Below, piece by piece: positions 1 to 9,165 of a stretch of DNA of 63,476 bases; within the stretch, counting starts at the first letter, position 1; every line of letters begins with the position of its first letter. The notes below the pieces were generated by a model that saw only the letters and a program-made list of their open reading frames with translations, was not told the DNA's origin and searched no databases. The stretch spans positions 1-63,476 of IMG/VR virus record IMGVR_UViG_3300025894_000010; one strand, given 5' to 3'. Both the position numbers and the translations under genes were made by a program. Origin of the DNA: a virus (Duplodnaviria > Caudoviricetes).

Positions 1-156
1 AGCCCTACGTTCAGTCGCCGCTTCAAGCATTGCGGCACGTTGAAGTTCAGCATCCTGCTTCAACTGATTCGTAAAGTTGGACATGTTGTCCGTTTGCAGA
101 TTTATAAATTCTGTTTGGAGTTCTAATTCCGATACTACGTCTTGTAGTGTTGCCAT
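1..156 (-). CDS. N-terminus of a probable tape-measure / helical tail protein (runs off the window edge)
   Basis: ATG at 156, open frame to position 1: MATLQDVVSELELQTEFINLQTDNMSNFTNQLKQDAELQRAAMLEAATERRA. Heptad-like; lies directly downstream of the chaperone-like pair. Function inferred from position only. Confidence 0.5.
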   Translation of the reverse strand, partial: MATLQDVVSELELQTEFINLQTDNMSNFTNQLKQDAELQRAAMLEAATERRA

Positions 157-158
157 GT

Positions 159-347
159 CTACGACCTATTTTGTTTTTCTCTGGCTTGTTTTTCTTCTTC
201 CAATGCTTGCATTAACATAATAAGTTGTATTTCTCGCTCCCAAGGCATCATCATATCTAGTTCTGTCAAAGTATATTTATGATGCCTCTGCAACAAAAAG
301 TTAGTTTTATAATAATTTGCTAACTCTTCATGGGAGAGGCCAACTAA
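159..347 (-). CDS. gp51: gp51-like baseplate hub/tail assembly chaperone C-terminal frame, probably reached by -1 frameshift from the upstream gene
   Basis: Manual translation: LVGLSHEELANYYKTNFLLQRHHKYTLTELDMMMPWEREIQLIMLMQALEEEKQAREKQNRS*. The Y..NF.L..HHKY.LTEL..M.PWERE motif is typical of gp51-like ORFs. No start codon precedes the conserved part. Confidence 0.75.
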   Translation of the reverse strand, partial: LVGLSHEELANYYKTNFLLQRHHKYTLTELDMMMPWEREIQLIMLMQALEEEKQAREKQNRS

Positions 348-1039
348 AAAAAACTTTGCATACCTCGCACTTCAATATCATTATGATGCCCGCATTCCAC
401 ACAGTCAAATATAATGTGGTGTTCTACTTGTGGCATTGTTCTTACAAAGTCAGACAGTTTTGCAAATTGTGTGCTAGTCATAGACTCAAGGAACGCAAGA
501 ACTGTCTCTTGTGGTTCTTCGCTCACATCTATTCGTTCATCTTTTGTAAGGACTGCTTTGAGACTACTCGCCATAATATTGAATGCGGCGTCTGTTGCTT
601 CTTCGGTACGCTCTATCTCTACATAACTTGGATACTTCATCTCAACAGAAATGTCATCGTCAATCTTGATCACATTCTTTTTCTTACTGTCTACAGGACA
701 CTGGACCTCATCTAAATTCAATGATGCTTCGTTGGATGCTTTGCATTCACTACAGGGCAACACCAAGTTTACAGTCTCACCGACAGACTTGGCACGAATT
801 TTTACAAAGAGATACTCTAGATCAAATGTTGTAAGATCATTAAGTCGGACTTTATCAGCGGTACATGCCCGAACCGTATCCGACACTGCTTCCATAATCT
901 GATCTTGGTCTTTACTCTCCTTTGCGAGAAGAAGAATCTTTTCTTCTTTGACTAAGTAAGGACGATACTTGACCGATTTGCCTGTTGATGGTATTTTTAA
1001 TGTATACTTTGGAACGTCATTCAATAGTGGTAATGCCAT
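344..1039 (-). CDS. gp26: gp26-like baseplate hub subunit / tail assembly chaperone
   Basis: MALP..P.Y.L.IPSTGK.VKYRPYLVKEEKILL, DLEYLFVKIRAKSVGE, two CxxC pairs, ends GMQSFF. Confidence 0.85.
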   Translation of the reverse strand: MALPLLNDVPKYTLKIPSTGKSVKYRPYLVKEEKILLLAKESKDQDQIMEAVSDTVRACTADKVRLNDLTTFDLEYLFVKIRAKSVGETVNLVLPCSECKASNEASLNLDEVQCPVDSKKKNVIKIDDDISVEMKYPSYVEIERTEEATDAAFNIMASSLKAVLTKDERIDVSEEPQETVLAFLESMTSTQFAKLSDFVRTMPQVEHHIIFDCVECGHHNDIEVRGMQSFF

Positions 1040-1054
1040 AATTTACTCCATGTG

Positions 1055-1720
1055 TTACCGATTAATAAAAATAGATGCTTTCTGTTTGCCGTTACTTACA
1101 GGTTCACCTTTCCAACTCTTGTATTCAAAACTCACAGTCACCGTATGAATCTCACCTGATCCATCTGCCATCTCGCTGGATGAAACGTTGACAGGAAACG
1201 CACGATCAATAATCCAGTGGTAATTTGAAATAGCAGGTGTGGCTACATCAACATCAATATCAAGACTCAGATTGATTGGTCCTAACTTCTTTTCAAACTG
1301 CTTGTTGAATACAGGAAACCCTTTACCACGTTCTAACTGATATATGTGAAGCGGCGCTGTATATTTATCGGGATACTTGGCTTCAAATCTGGCTTCATCG
1401 TCCGAGTATTCGGGCAAAATGAACTGTTGCCATGACTCAAAATAATTTCTGGCACCCTGGTTGTTCAGAACACGAAATGTGGCTGAGATAGGTGGGTTGA
1501 CATAACCATGAACAACTTTCTGTCGTGTGACACCAAGGTCACGTTCTACGCTGGTCAACTGACGGGAGGGTAAATTTATGTTACTGCACAAAAGCCCCAT
1601 ATCATATCCCGTAATGCCCGCTACTGTGGGAAACTTTACGAAATACAGATTGCTCTTGCTGAATCCACCACCGTCTGTTATTGCAGACTTGATTTCGTCT
1701 ACTGTGCCTAATTTAAGCAT
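1055..1720 (-). CDS. Tail-tube-fold protein (gp19/gp54 family), likely baseplate-tail tube initiator
   Basis: GGFSKSNLYFVKFP, LCSNINLPSRQ, YFESWQ, RAFPVNV, VTVSFEY parallel the motifs of the gp19 at 60706. Confidence 0.7.
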   Translation of the reverse strand: MLKLGTVDEIKSAITDGGGFSKSNLYFVKFPTVAGITGYDMGLLCSNINLPSRQLTSVERDLGVTRQKVVHGYVNPPISATFRVLNNQGARNYFESWQQFILPEYSDDEARFEAKYPDKYTAPLHIYQLERGKGFPVFNKQFEKKLGPINLSLDIDVDVATPAISNYHWIIDRAFPVNVSSSEMADGSGEIHTVTVSFEYKSWKGEPVSNGKQKASIFINR

Positions 1721-2297
1721 TTATCTTTTTCCTAGAATCTTTGTATACCTGGTTCTTGTTACCTTGCCATTGTGCTGTTGGTAAGAACGTAGCAATCTCC
1801 CATTCAGGAGCAGGCACCTTTGCGAAGTTACCTTCCACTTGCGATGTTAGGTAGTGTTTGTAGCAGGGCCTAAAATATTTCATTGATGCCGCTCGGTTCA
1901 AAAAACTATATGTCACTCTGAACTTGGTATTCTCGTTATATTTTTTGTCGCTTGTCACACCCATCAGTTCATCAAGAAACTTGGCTCTCAATGGTATGGG
2001 CAGATAGTGTAGATTCATGCCATAAAAACCTTTCTCAGCAGGTCCAATGGCAATAATGAGAGGAAACGAATCCCAATACGGAAGTGTCTTTCTATGCTTT
2101 GCATCGTAGAAAAACATATACATGTTGCCGGTAATCGTATCGCTCTCTTTTGAAATAGGTTCTTCCCGCATTAACTCACGCCTATTGACTCCCATTCTCT
2201 GCACTTTTTTGCGGAACCATGCGCGTGATTCTTTGGTGCGAGGCGTAATACCAGCACGAAATGCCTCTTGCTCTACCGTTTGAAAGAGATTACTCAT
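1713..2297 (-). CDS. gp2: DNA end protector protein
   Basis: GNMYMFFYDAKHRKTLPYWDSFPL, GMNLHYLP, CYKHYL, WEIATFLPTAQW. Confidence 0.9.
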   Translation of the reverse strand: MSNLFQTVEQEAFRAGITPRTKESRAWFRKKVQRMGVNRRELMREEPISKESDTITGNMYMFFYDAKHRKTLPYWDSFPLIIAIGPAEKGFYGMNLHYLPIPLRAKFLDELMGVTSDKKYNENTKFRVTYSFLNRAASMKYFRPCYKHYLTSQVEGNFAKVPAPEWEIATFLPTAQWQGNKNQVYKDSRKKINA

Positions 2298-2436
2298 GTC
2301 GGTTGTCCATCATAGTTCGGGCTTTATTCTGCCAGAGATTTGGAAATAGACCATGCACTAGAAGCACGACCGCAACTTTCCAAGCAAATCGTAGATGCTG
2401 AAAGTATGTTTCGTTAATTTCTTTTAAATGACTCAT
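2290..2436 (-). CDS. Small 48-aa hydrophobic protein (not in ORF track)
   Basis: MSHLKEINETYFQHLRFAWKVAVVLLVHGLFPNLWQNKARTMMDNRHE*. Fills the gp4-gp2 gap, overlaps the gp2 start, and has TATAAATA just upstream. Confidence 0.7.
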   Translation of the reverse strand: MSHLKEINETYFQHLRFAWKVAVVLLVHGLFPNLWQNKARTMMDNRHE

Positions 2437-2441
2437 GCATT

Positions 2442-2449
2442 TATTTATA
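2442..2449 (-). promoter_or_regulatory. T4-type late promoter TATAAATA
   Basis: Exact consensus on the minus strand just upstream of the ATG at 2436. Confidence 0.7.
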
Positions 2450-2454
2450 CGATT

Positions 2455-2955
2455 TTACCGAATTTGTTTCGTACATTTCTTCCTCGTAAAGGGCTTCATT
2501 TTCTTTAACGGTTTTAGTTTCTTAGGCATGATACCCATTTTGGTCAGTTCAATTTCAGTCCATATTTCAAACTTCCAATCACGATCTTTAGCATATTCAG
2601 CCGCGGCTTCCCACTTGTTAATGTTCTTGACGTAGGTGTATCCTTCAGAAATGTATCTTTTGGTACGCTTATTGCCTGTGGGTGGTTTAGTTTCTTTATT
2701 GGGTTTGACTTCAATCAGTGTGGTTGTACCATCTTTCCATGTCACCTTGAAGTCCATAAAGTATCGGTGATATTTTCTATCAACCTCATACAGATAAGGT
2801 ATCACAACCTCTTCGCTTGACCATGATGCCACATCACTGTGAGCATCAAAATACATCATACAGTATTTTTCCCACATGGATCTATAAATGACACCGCCGG
2901 CATTGCCTTTATACTTTAAAGGGTTTTTAACTTTATATCGTCCAGAGTATGCCAT
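2455..2955 (-). CDS. gp4: Head completion nuclease
   Basis: MAYSGRYKVKNPLKYKG, YRSMWE, WSSEEVVIPY, HRYFMDF, LIEVKP, NINKWEAA. Confidence 0.92.
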   Translation of the reverse strand: MAYSGRYKVKNPLKYKGNAGGVIYRSMWEKYCMMYFDAHSDVASWSSEEVVIPYLYEVDRKYHRYFMDFKVTWKDGTTTLIEVKPNKETKPPTGNKRTKRYISEGYTYVKNINKWEAAAEYAKDRDWKFEIWTEIELTKMGIMPKKLKPLKKMKPFTRKKCTKQIR

Positions 2956-2962
2956 AAATGCC

Positions 2963-2986
2963 TATAAATAAAATAAAAGTATTTAG
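2963..2986. promoter_or_regulatory. Divergent late promoters: TATAAATA (+, 2963-2970) and CTAAATA variant (-, 2980-2986)
   Basis: Both motifs lie in the 40-nt gap between the divergent gp4 and gp48 genes. Confidence 0.65.
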
Positions 2987-2995
2987 CGAGTTGAT

Positions 2996-4165
2996 ATGGC
3001 AACAGAAGCGCAACTAGAAGCCGTTCGGCAAAGGGCTAATCAAGAAGCATTGGATGCGATTGATCAGGCAAATGCCGAGCAAGAATTGTACAGCGAAAAA
3101 GCAGATGACTCTGAAAACGCGGAGGCATCCGGTTCTTCTCAAGCGGACAAAGACAAAGCACGAGATCTTTTTTATCCGCTGAGTATGAGCAAGAACTTTC
3201 CTGCAAGAATCATCTTTAAGGTTATTAAAATAGAAGGTGAAAACATTCTTGATGCTGTTGGCATTACGAAGGTGATTAACTCAAATAACGACTCATTGAC
3301 CAGTGTCACTACTCAGTCTGTTGCCGACGAAAGCACATCATCTCAAGACAAAAAACAGATCATTGAAGACTCTAAGAAAAAACAGAAAGAGTTGGTCAGT
3401 TATGAGAACAATTCAGGTGGTGAAAATTATGGCAAGATAACACTGCCTTTACCAAAAGGTCTGGCATATAATGATGCAGTATCATATCAAGGCGCTGATC
3501 TTGGTATCTTAGGTGGGGCAGCCGAAGACGCATTGCTAGGTAGAAATCCTTTTGCGGGTGCTACTACAGCAAATGGCGAACTAGTCAAAGCGGCGAGTGC
3601 AATCGCAGGTCAAGTTGTCGCCGCAAACGCTGGCAGTATTGCTGGTGCTAGTCTTGGCTTGTTGCCTAAGATTGGTGGCGGTGTCGCTGGTGCCGCTGGT
3701 GCTGTTTTAGGTTCTAATCTCACAGGTAATCTTGGCGCCGCAGTAAGTTCAGCGTCACGAGTTGCAAGTGCGCCCAACACAAGAACACTGTTTGAAAAAG
3801 CCTCTATTAGAAATTTTGCGTTTAACTTTAAGATGATTGCCAATTCACCCGAAGAGGCCCGGGCGATCAAAAGCATTGTACAGATGTTTCGTGAAGAATT
3901 ATATCCTGAGAAAGTGCCTATCGGTAACTCGGGTGTGCCTCTTGCGTACAAGTATCCTAATGTGTTTGAGATAGAAGTAAAGAACAGACAGGGTGGTAAT
4001 CCTGGATTCAAGATTCAACGATGCTATCTTCAAAAGGTTGATACAACATTTAACGAGACCGCTGATGGAATGTTTAACGACGGTAGTTTCATTGAGGTTG
4101 GAATTGCACTTGGATTCACAGAGATTGTGGCACTGGATAAAGATAAGGTGAGGCAGGGTTACTAA
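2996..4165 (+). CDS. gp48: Baseplate tail-tube cap
   Basis: ITLPLP, APNTRTLFE..SIRNFAFNFKMIANSPEEA..I..I...FR..LYP, YPNVFEI, CYLQ.VD, L.FTEI; precedes gp53. Confidence 0.8.
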   Translation: MATEAQLEAVRQRANQEALDAIDQANAEQELYSEKADDSENAEASGSSQADKDKARDLFYPLSMSKNFPARIIFKVIKIEGENILDAVGITKVINSNNDSLTSVTTQSVADESTSSQDKKQIIEDSKKKQKELVSYENNSGGENYGKITLPLPKGLAYNDAVSYQGADLGILGGAAEDALLGRNPFAGATTANGELVKAASAIAGQVVAANAGSIAGASLGLLPKIGGGVAGAAGAVLGSNLTGNLGAAVSSASRVASAPNTRTLFEKASIRNFAFNFKMIANSPEEARAIKSIVQMFREELYPEKVPIGNSGVPLAYKYPNVFEIEVKNRQGGNPGFKIQRCYLQKVDTTFNETADGMFNDGSFIEVGIALGFTEIVALDKDKVRQGY

Positions 4166-4977
4166 TGAGTAATTATTTCAAGAATTTTCCAAAGACACTG
4201 TATCTGTTTGGTGATGAAATCACACCGACGGCTGTACAGAATATCAGTAAGTTTACCAATACGATTGATCAGATTGCGGATCAGATATCGGCGTACATTG
4301 AGTATGAGATAAAAGACTTTGAACGCCCTGACACATTATCACACAGACTGTATGGTACCAGCGAATATGACTGGACATTTTTTGTGATGAATGATAAACT
4401 TCGTGAACGCGGTTGGCCATTATCAATGCAAAACGTCTATGATCTAGCACAGAACGATCTCTACACCGGTTGGACAAGCAAGATTGAATTCGCAAATGAT
4501 ACCGTAGACAGTGCGGCATCATGGGCACTTGACAAAACAACAATACCTCCGACTGAACTTTATCCTGTAGGTCAAGAGGTGTTGTTGAATGGTAGACCCA
4601 TGATCGTCAAGAGCAAGAATCTTCAAGTTGGTGAAATCACATTCTACTCACCCTATTACAATATTGATCGTGATAGCGATTACAGCACATCCTCTCAAGT
4701 ATCATATACTACGGGTGCACACACCAAGATGCTAGAGAGCACCGTGAGAGAATACTTTGGTACATATGAGTACCGAAACGACAGTGGTTTGCCTATTGAT
4801 TTATACTTTGGTGAGTGGAACAATCAAACAGAAACGTATCAAATACCCGCCACAAGAATTCAAGTCACAAACCTAGACCATTTGATTGAAGAGAATGATG
4901 AACTGAAAAGAATACGAATCATCAAATCAGATCTAATCGCACAAGTAGCAGGTAAGTTCAAGGCGGCAATCGGCTAA
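4165..4977 (+). CDS. gp53: Baseplate wedge subunit
   Basis: MSNYFKNFP, YEIKDFERPDTLSHRLYG..EYDW, WPLS, N..LKRIRII. Confidence 0.88.
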   Translation: MSNYFKNFPKTLYLFGDEITPTAVQNISKFTNTIDQIADQISAYIEYEIKDFERPDTLSHRLYGTSEYDWTFFVMNDKLRERGWPLSMQNVYDLAQNDLYTGWTSKIEFANDTVDSAASWALDKTTIPPTELYPVGQEVLLNGRPMIVKSKNLQVGEITFYSPYYNIDRDSDYSTSSQVSYTTGAHTKMLESTVREYFGTYEYRNDSGLPIDLYFGEWNNQTETYQIPATRIQVTNLDHLIEENDELKRIRIIKSDLIAQVAGKFKAAIG

Positions 4978-6344
4978 TGGCTGATGAAACAAACAATACA
5001 ATTCTAGAGGCTGTTCTTATATCTTCTAGAGTGCAGGGCAATGATATAGAAGTTGATATCAAGTCTAGCCTTCTAGAGTTCAAGACATTTGAGAACATAG
5101 GCAAGCCTTATATTGATGCTCAACTGGTGTTCATTGATGACTTCGGTCTCAAGGACACATTGTCAATCGCAGGCACAGAGAAGTTTAGAATCGTTCTGGG
5201 TAATCCCAATGATCCTCAAGGCGAGGTGTTTACTAAGTTCTTCTTTATTAGCCAGATCAACGACAGTCTCCGTCAAAACGATAACAGCGAAATCATCTCG
5301 GTGTCTTTGGTAGAAGATCAACTGTATATAGATTCTGTCAAACAGATCTCACGATCTTTTACAGGTAACATTGAAGATATCATTACTAACATTTGCAGTA
5401 TTGAACTGGGCAAAACTGTTGAAAAGTTTATCACTCAGAGTGGTTCTGCCCAAGGTGTACGAAAGATCGTTGTACCTTACATGAGTCCACTAGAGGCGAT
5501 CCAATGGATACTGACGCGAGCGACGACTCGCATTGGTGGTCCATTATATCTTTACTCTACACTATACAGCAACAATCTTTTGTTGTCTGACTTTGATGGT
5601 TTGATGCAACAACCTATATTCAACAAAGACTTTCCTTTGCGCTATGCAGATGCGGGTGCGGCGCTTGATCAGGAAGATGAAAGACTCCGACCGTACTTTC
5701 AGGTGTTAAATTATCGTGAACAGAACGGTGATAATTTGATGTTGCAAATGGAGAATGGCAACGTGGGATCAATGTACACGAATGTTGATGCAGGTAGTGG
5801 TAGTGTGTTAGGCGATCATATTTCAATTCGCGACATCGTTGATGAGTTCTATATAAACGATCTGTTAGATCCAAACACCGCACAGACGATGTTTGATCCA
5901 TCACTGTTAATTGGTGATAAACTGGCAGATGAGTATAACTCTGCCAATATCTTTCAAGTCACATCAACAGGCACCTATAATCAGTTTTTAGGGTATCATG
6001 ATGAAGCAGTACTGACAGACACAAATGGTAATTTGATTGAATCACGACTAAAGATCAAGAACAAGATCATTCGTGCCATTCTCAAGAAGAACATCATAGA
6101 TATAGGTATTGATGGAAGACTTATGATAGAATCTAAGTGTTCAGTGGGTGCAAGAATTCGTGTGTTGTTCCTTTCAACACAACCCGAAGCATCAGACGAA
6201 GCCACATTGTACGACAGACTAGACAAGAAAAAGAGTGGTGATTATCTGATTATGGCAGTCCAGAATTATTTTAGACAAGAGAATCATGCCGCAACCCTCA
6301 GACTAGCCAAGATTGGCGACATACCAGAAGACGCAGAAATTTAA
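4977..6344 (+). CDS. Probable baseplate hub protein (gp27-like)
   Basis: 455 aa between gp53 and gp5; FENI..PYI, ISRSFTG, VPYMSPLEAIQW, KSGDYLI motifs. Call rests on synteny. Confidence 0.55.
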   Translation: MADETNNTILEAVLISSRVQGNDIEVDIKSSLLEFKTFENIGKPYIDAQLVFIDDFGLKDTLSIAGTEKFRIVLGNPNDPQGEVFTKFFFISQINDSLRQNDNSEIISVSLVEDQLYIDSVKQISRSFTGNIEDIITNICSIELGKTVEKFITQSGSAQGVRKIVVPYMSPLEAIQWILTRATTRIGGPLYLYSTLYSNNLLLSDFDGLMQQPIFNKDFPLRYADAGAALDQEDERLRPYFQVLNYREQNGDNLMLQMENGNVGSMYTNVDAGSGSVLGDHISIRDIVDEFYINDLLDPNTAQTMFDPSLLIGDKLADEYNSANIFQVTSTGTYNQFLGYHDEAVLTDTNGNLIESRLKIKNKIIRAILKKNIIDIGIDGRLMIESKCSVGARIRVLFLSTQPEASDEATLYDRLDKKKSGDYLIMAVQNYFRQENHAATLRLAKIGDIPEDAEI

Positions 6345-7192
6345 TGAATGTATTAAGACCTATACAAAAAGAGTATTATGGTGATGACAATCGCTGGTTT
6401 CTAGGTTATGTCATTAACTCTGCGCCGCCGGCTGGTCTAGAGGGCAGAGTCAAAGTGCGAATTATTGGTGTTCACAATCCAGAAACGGGTGAAATACCAG
6501 AAGCCGATCTGCCTTGGGCACAAGTGTTGATACCTACAACAGAAGGTGGATCATCGGGCATTGGACGAATACCTCAGTTGACAAAAGGTGCGTTTGTGTT
6601 TGGTATCTTTATGGATGGTGTTGCATCTCAAATACCACTTGTATTAGGTTCACTACCTCACACCGAGATGCCATCGTCTATTCAAAAGAATAAGACAACC
6701 GGATTCAGCGATGGATTTCAGTACAATCAAAGCAGAGTACAAAATGTTATCATATCACCTTTACTAGATGATGAGAAAGCCGAAGCCGAAATTGGATTGA
6801 GACGCCAACAATCTATGAAGTTTTTTATAGACAATGGTTACGAAGCGATATATGCGGCCGCGATTACGGGTGCACTTCAAAAGACGAATTCATTTAAGAC
6901 TGACGGCGGAGGCATTGCCAAATGGGATATCAATGCTTCGGTAGGTAGTCGTTATGTGGGTCTGCTTCGGTTTGCTCAACAGTATCAACCGACGATAGAT
7001 CCTCAGTTGTATTCTACCCAACTTCAGTACGTGTTGTTTGAATTGAGAACACGATTTAATCTTGCCAATTCTAAAATTCTATCCGCTAACAATATTAAAG
7101 ACGCCAGTAAAGCAGTCAATAGTTTCTATTTACAGTCTACTGCAAAAAGTGATCAGTTAGCCCAACGCGCATATGAAGAGGTATTAACATAA
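6344..7192 (+). CDS. gp5: gp5 N-terminal OB-fold domain fused to a degenerate phage tail-lysozyme-like domain
   Basis: WFLGYV, GRVKVRIIGVH, LPWAQV, G.FVFGIFMDG...QIPLVLGSL; C-terminal AAAITGALQ..GIAKW..TQLQYVLFEL. Confidence 0.8.
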   Translation: MNVLRPIQKEYYGDDNRWFLGYVINSAPPAGLEGRVKVRIIGVHNPETGEIPEADLPWAQVLIPTTEGGSSGIGRIPQLTKGAFVFGIFMDGVASQIPLVLGSLPHTEMPSSIQKNKTTGFSDGFQYNQSRVQNVIISPLLDDEKAEAEIGLRRQQSMKFFIDNGYEAIYAAAITGALQKTNSFKTDGGGIAKWDINASVGSRYVGLLRFAQQYQPTIDPQLYSTQLQYVLFELRTRFNLANSKILSANNIKDASKAVNSFYLQSTAKSDQLAQRAYEEVLT

Positions 7193-9165
7193 TGACTGAA
7201 ATAGTAGACGCTAAAACAGGTAAGATTAAGAATGTATCGCAAAGGGTAGCCAATGCCTCAACCGAGTCTTATAGTGAAGAGTTAAAGGAAACGGTCTCTA
7301 ATACCAGTGATGCAATATCCAGATCGGGTATTAATGCGACTGCGGCAAATGCCAAGAGTGCATTGACAGACGCGACTACTGGTGTAACAGGTCAGATTGC
7401 GGGTCAAGTCACTGGCGGTATTGAGAGTCTGACACAACAAGCAGATGCGTTTAAAGGTGAACTCAATGAAGCCAAAGACACAGTAACTGGACTTCTCAAT
7501 GGTGATGCGTCAAGTCTAACGAACATGGCAACAGATATGGTAGAAGGTGCTGTCGCTGGACTTCTTGGTAAACTAGGCACCAAAGTTGAAATTGAGTTCA
7601 CGTTTGATCCAGACACAGGCGTGACATTGCCCGTCACATCATCTCTCAATCCTGAAGGTGGTGCAGACGCCCTCGCAGGTATTCTGTCATTGATCACGGG
7701 TCTTGGAATCTCCACTGATCCATCAAGCATGATAGGAGATCTGCAAAAGGTTGCAACAAATGCATCGCCGGCGGGTCTTCTTAGTGCGGGTAAAGATTTG
7801 GTGGCAGGTAAAGTGGGTGCGTTTACATCCACATCCATAAACAGTCTTGCATCCGATGCAATTAAAAGTGTTACGAGCGAAGTTAAATCAACCATCACAC
7901 AGGGTTTGGCATCGGCTGGTAATGTAAACAAACTTGTTTCATATCAGATATTGCTTGATGATGGATTGGGAAAGCCGCCCAGTGTAGACTCTGACGGAAG
8001 TATCACGTATTCTACTGCTACCACATCAAATCCAGGAACAGGTGGTGTTCTAGGCCGAACAGATAGTGATGAACTCTTTGGTGCTATCAAAAACATAGAC
8101 TCCGATGCCCTTACTGACTTGAGTAATATTGTTACCCGAGGCAATGAGATAAGACAAAACATAGAAGGTGCTAAAGACGATCTTACCAATCTAAGTGGTG
8201 GTAAAGACGGTGCTCAGGTTCTGAATTCAGTAAGTACACAAACTGCCACACAAAATGATTATCAAAGAAACGTAGAAGAGTATAAAGGTCTAGTCAAAAC
8301 GCAAGCAGGCAACAATAGCGAATCTGGTATTATACAAGGTTTGAGTACCAAAGTATTGACACAGATTGAAGATCAGATTCGTGGCATATGTCCGGTATTA
8401 TCTGACGAGAAGATTCAAGAAGTCATTGCACTATCGCAGGGTGATGCCGGTGATGAGAGTAAAGCAATCCAGATTCTTTCAGATTGTAGCGGATTGTCTT
8501 ATGAAGAACTCAGACGATTTGTGAAGTCTATTGACACCACTATCGCCAGTGCAACACGGTTACCACCGGACGTTACGGTGTTCTCTGACCCATATGAAAT
8601 TGGATCATACTCAAAGTCATGGAACAAAGGGCAAGGCAATCCAGTGTTTCCTTATGTGTCGTCCGTAGAAGAACTATCGGCGGAGTTTCGTGCGATTACT
8701 CGTGAATTGGATCCTGAGGTCACGGCTGTAGTTCATTGGACAGAGACACACACAAACAAAAATGTGGGTAGTGAGGAGATTAACTCTTGGCACCTAGCGG
8801 CAGGACTAGATGGTCTGGGATATCATTATGTATGTCGGCGTGATGGATCTCTGCAACGTGGACGTCCAGTCAACGAAGATGGACAACACACACCTGATTA
8901 TGACAAAGGAACATTGTCGTTTGTATTTGTGGGTGGCATTAATGCTCCAACAGGTACACCTAACGCGGCTAACTTCCTATCATCTCAATCATTGACACGA
9001 AGCCAAATAAATACCTTTGATCATTGGTGCCGAGCATTCTTTGCGATATATCCAGGAGGCATTATCAAAGGTCACTCTGAGTTAGATTTTACAGGACAGA
9101 ACGTTGATCCTGGATTTGAAGTTACCGATTATGTTTTAACAAGGTTTGGAAAACACTATGACTAA
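7192..9165 (+). CDS. Virion protein with C-terminal N-acetylmuramoyl-L-alanine amidase (Amidase_2, T7-lysozyme-like)
   Basis: VVHWTET, INSWH, GLGYHYVCRRDGSLQRGRP, FVGG, IKGHSE, VDPGFEV; long Ala/Ser/Gly/Thr-rich N-terminus. Confidence 0.85.
   Translation: MTEIVDAKTGKIKNVSQRVANASTESYSEELKETVSNTSDAISRSGINATAANAKSALTDATTGVTGQIAGQVTGGIESLTQQADAFKGELNEAKDTVTGLLNGDASSLTNMATDMVEGAVAGLLGKLGTKVEIEFTFDPDTGVTLPVTSSLNPEGGADALAGILSLITGLGISTDPSSMIGDLQKVATNASPAGLLSAGKDLVAGKVGAFTSTSINSLASDAIKSVTSEVKSTITQGLASAGNVNKLVSYQILLDDGLGKPPSVDSDGSITYSTATTSNPGTGGVLGRTDSDELFGAIKNIDSDALTDLSNIVTRGNEIRQNIEGAKDDLTNLSGGKDGAQVLNSVSTQTATQNDYQRNVEEYKGLVKTQAGNNSESGIIQGLSTKVLTQIEDQIRGICPVLSDEKIQEVIALSQGDAGDESKAIQILSDCSGLSYEELRRFVKSIDTTIASATRLPPDVTVFSDPYEIGSYSKSWNKGQGNPVFPYVSSVEELSAEFRAITRELDPEVTAVVHWTETHTNKNVGSEEINSWHLAAGLDGLGYHYVCRRDGSLQRGRPVNEDGQHTPDYDKGTLSFVFVGGINAPTGTPNAANFLSSQSLTRSQINTFDHWCRAFFAIYPGGIIKGHSELDFTGQNVDPGFEVTDYVLTRFGKHYD

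Noticed and set aside
317-902. Plus-strand ORFs opposite gp26
   Set aside because: Antisense to a well-conserved gene, with no motifs.
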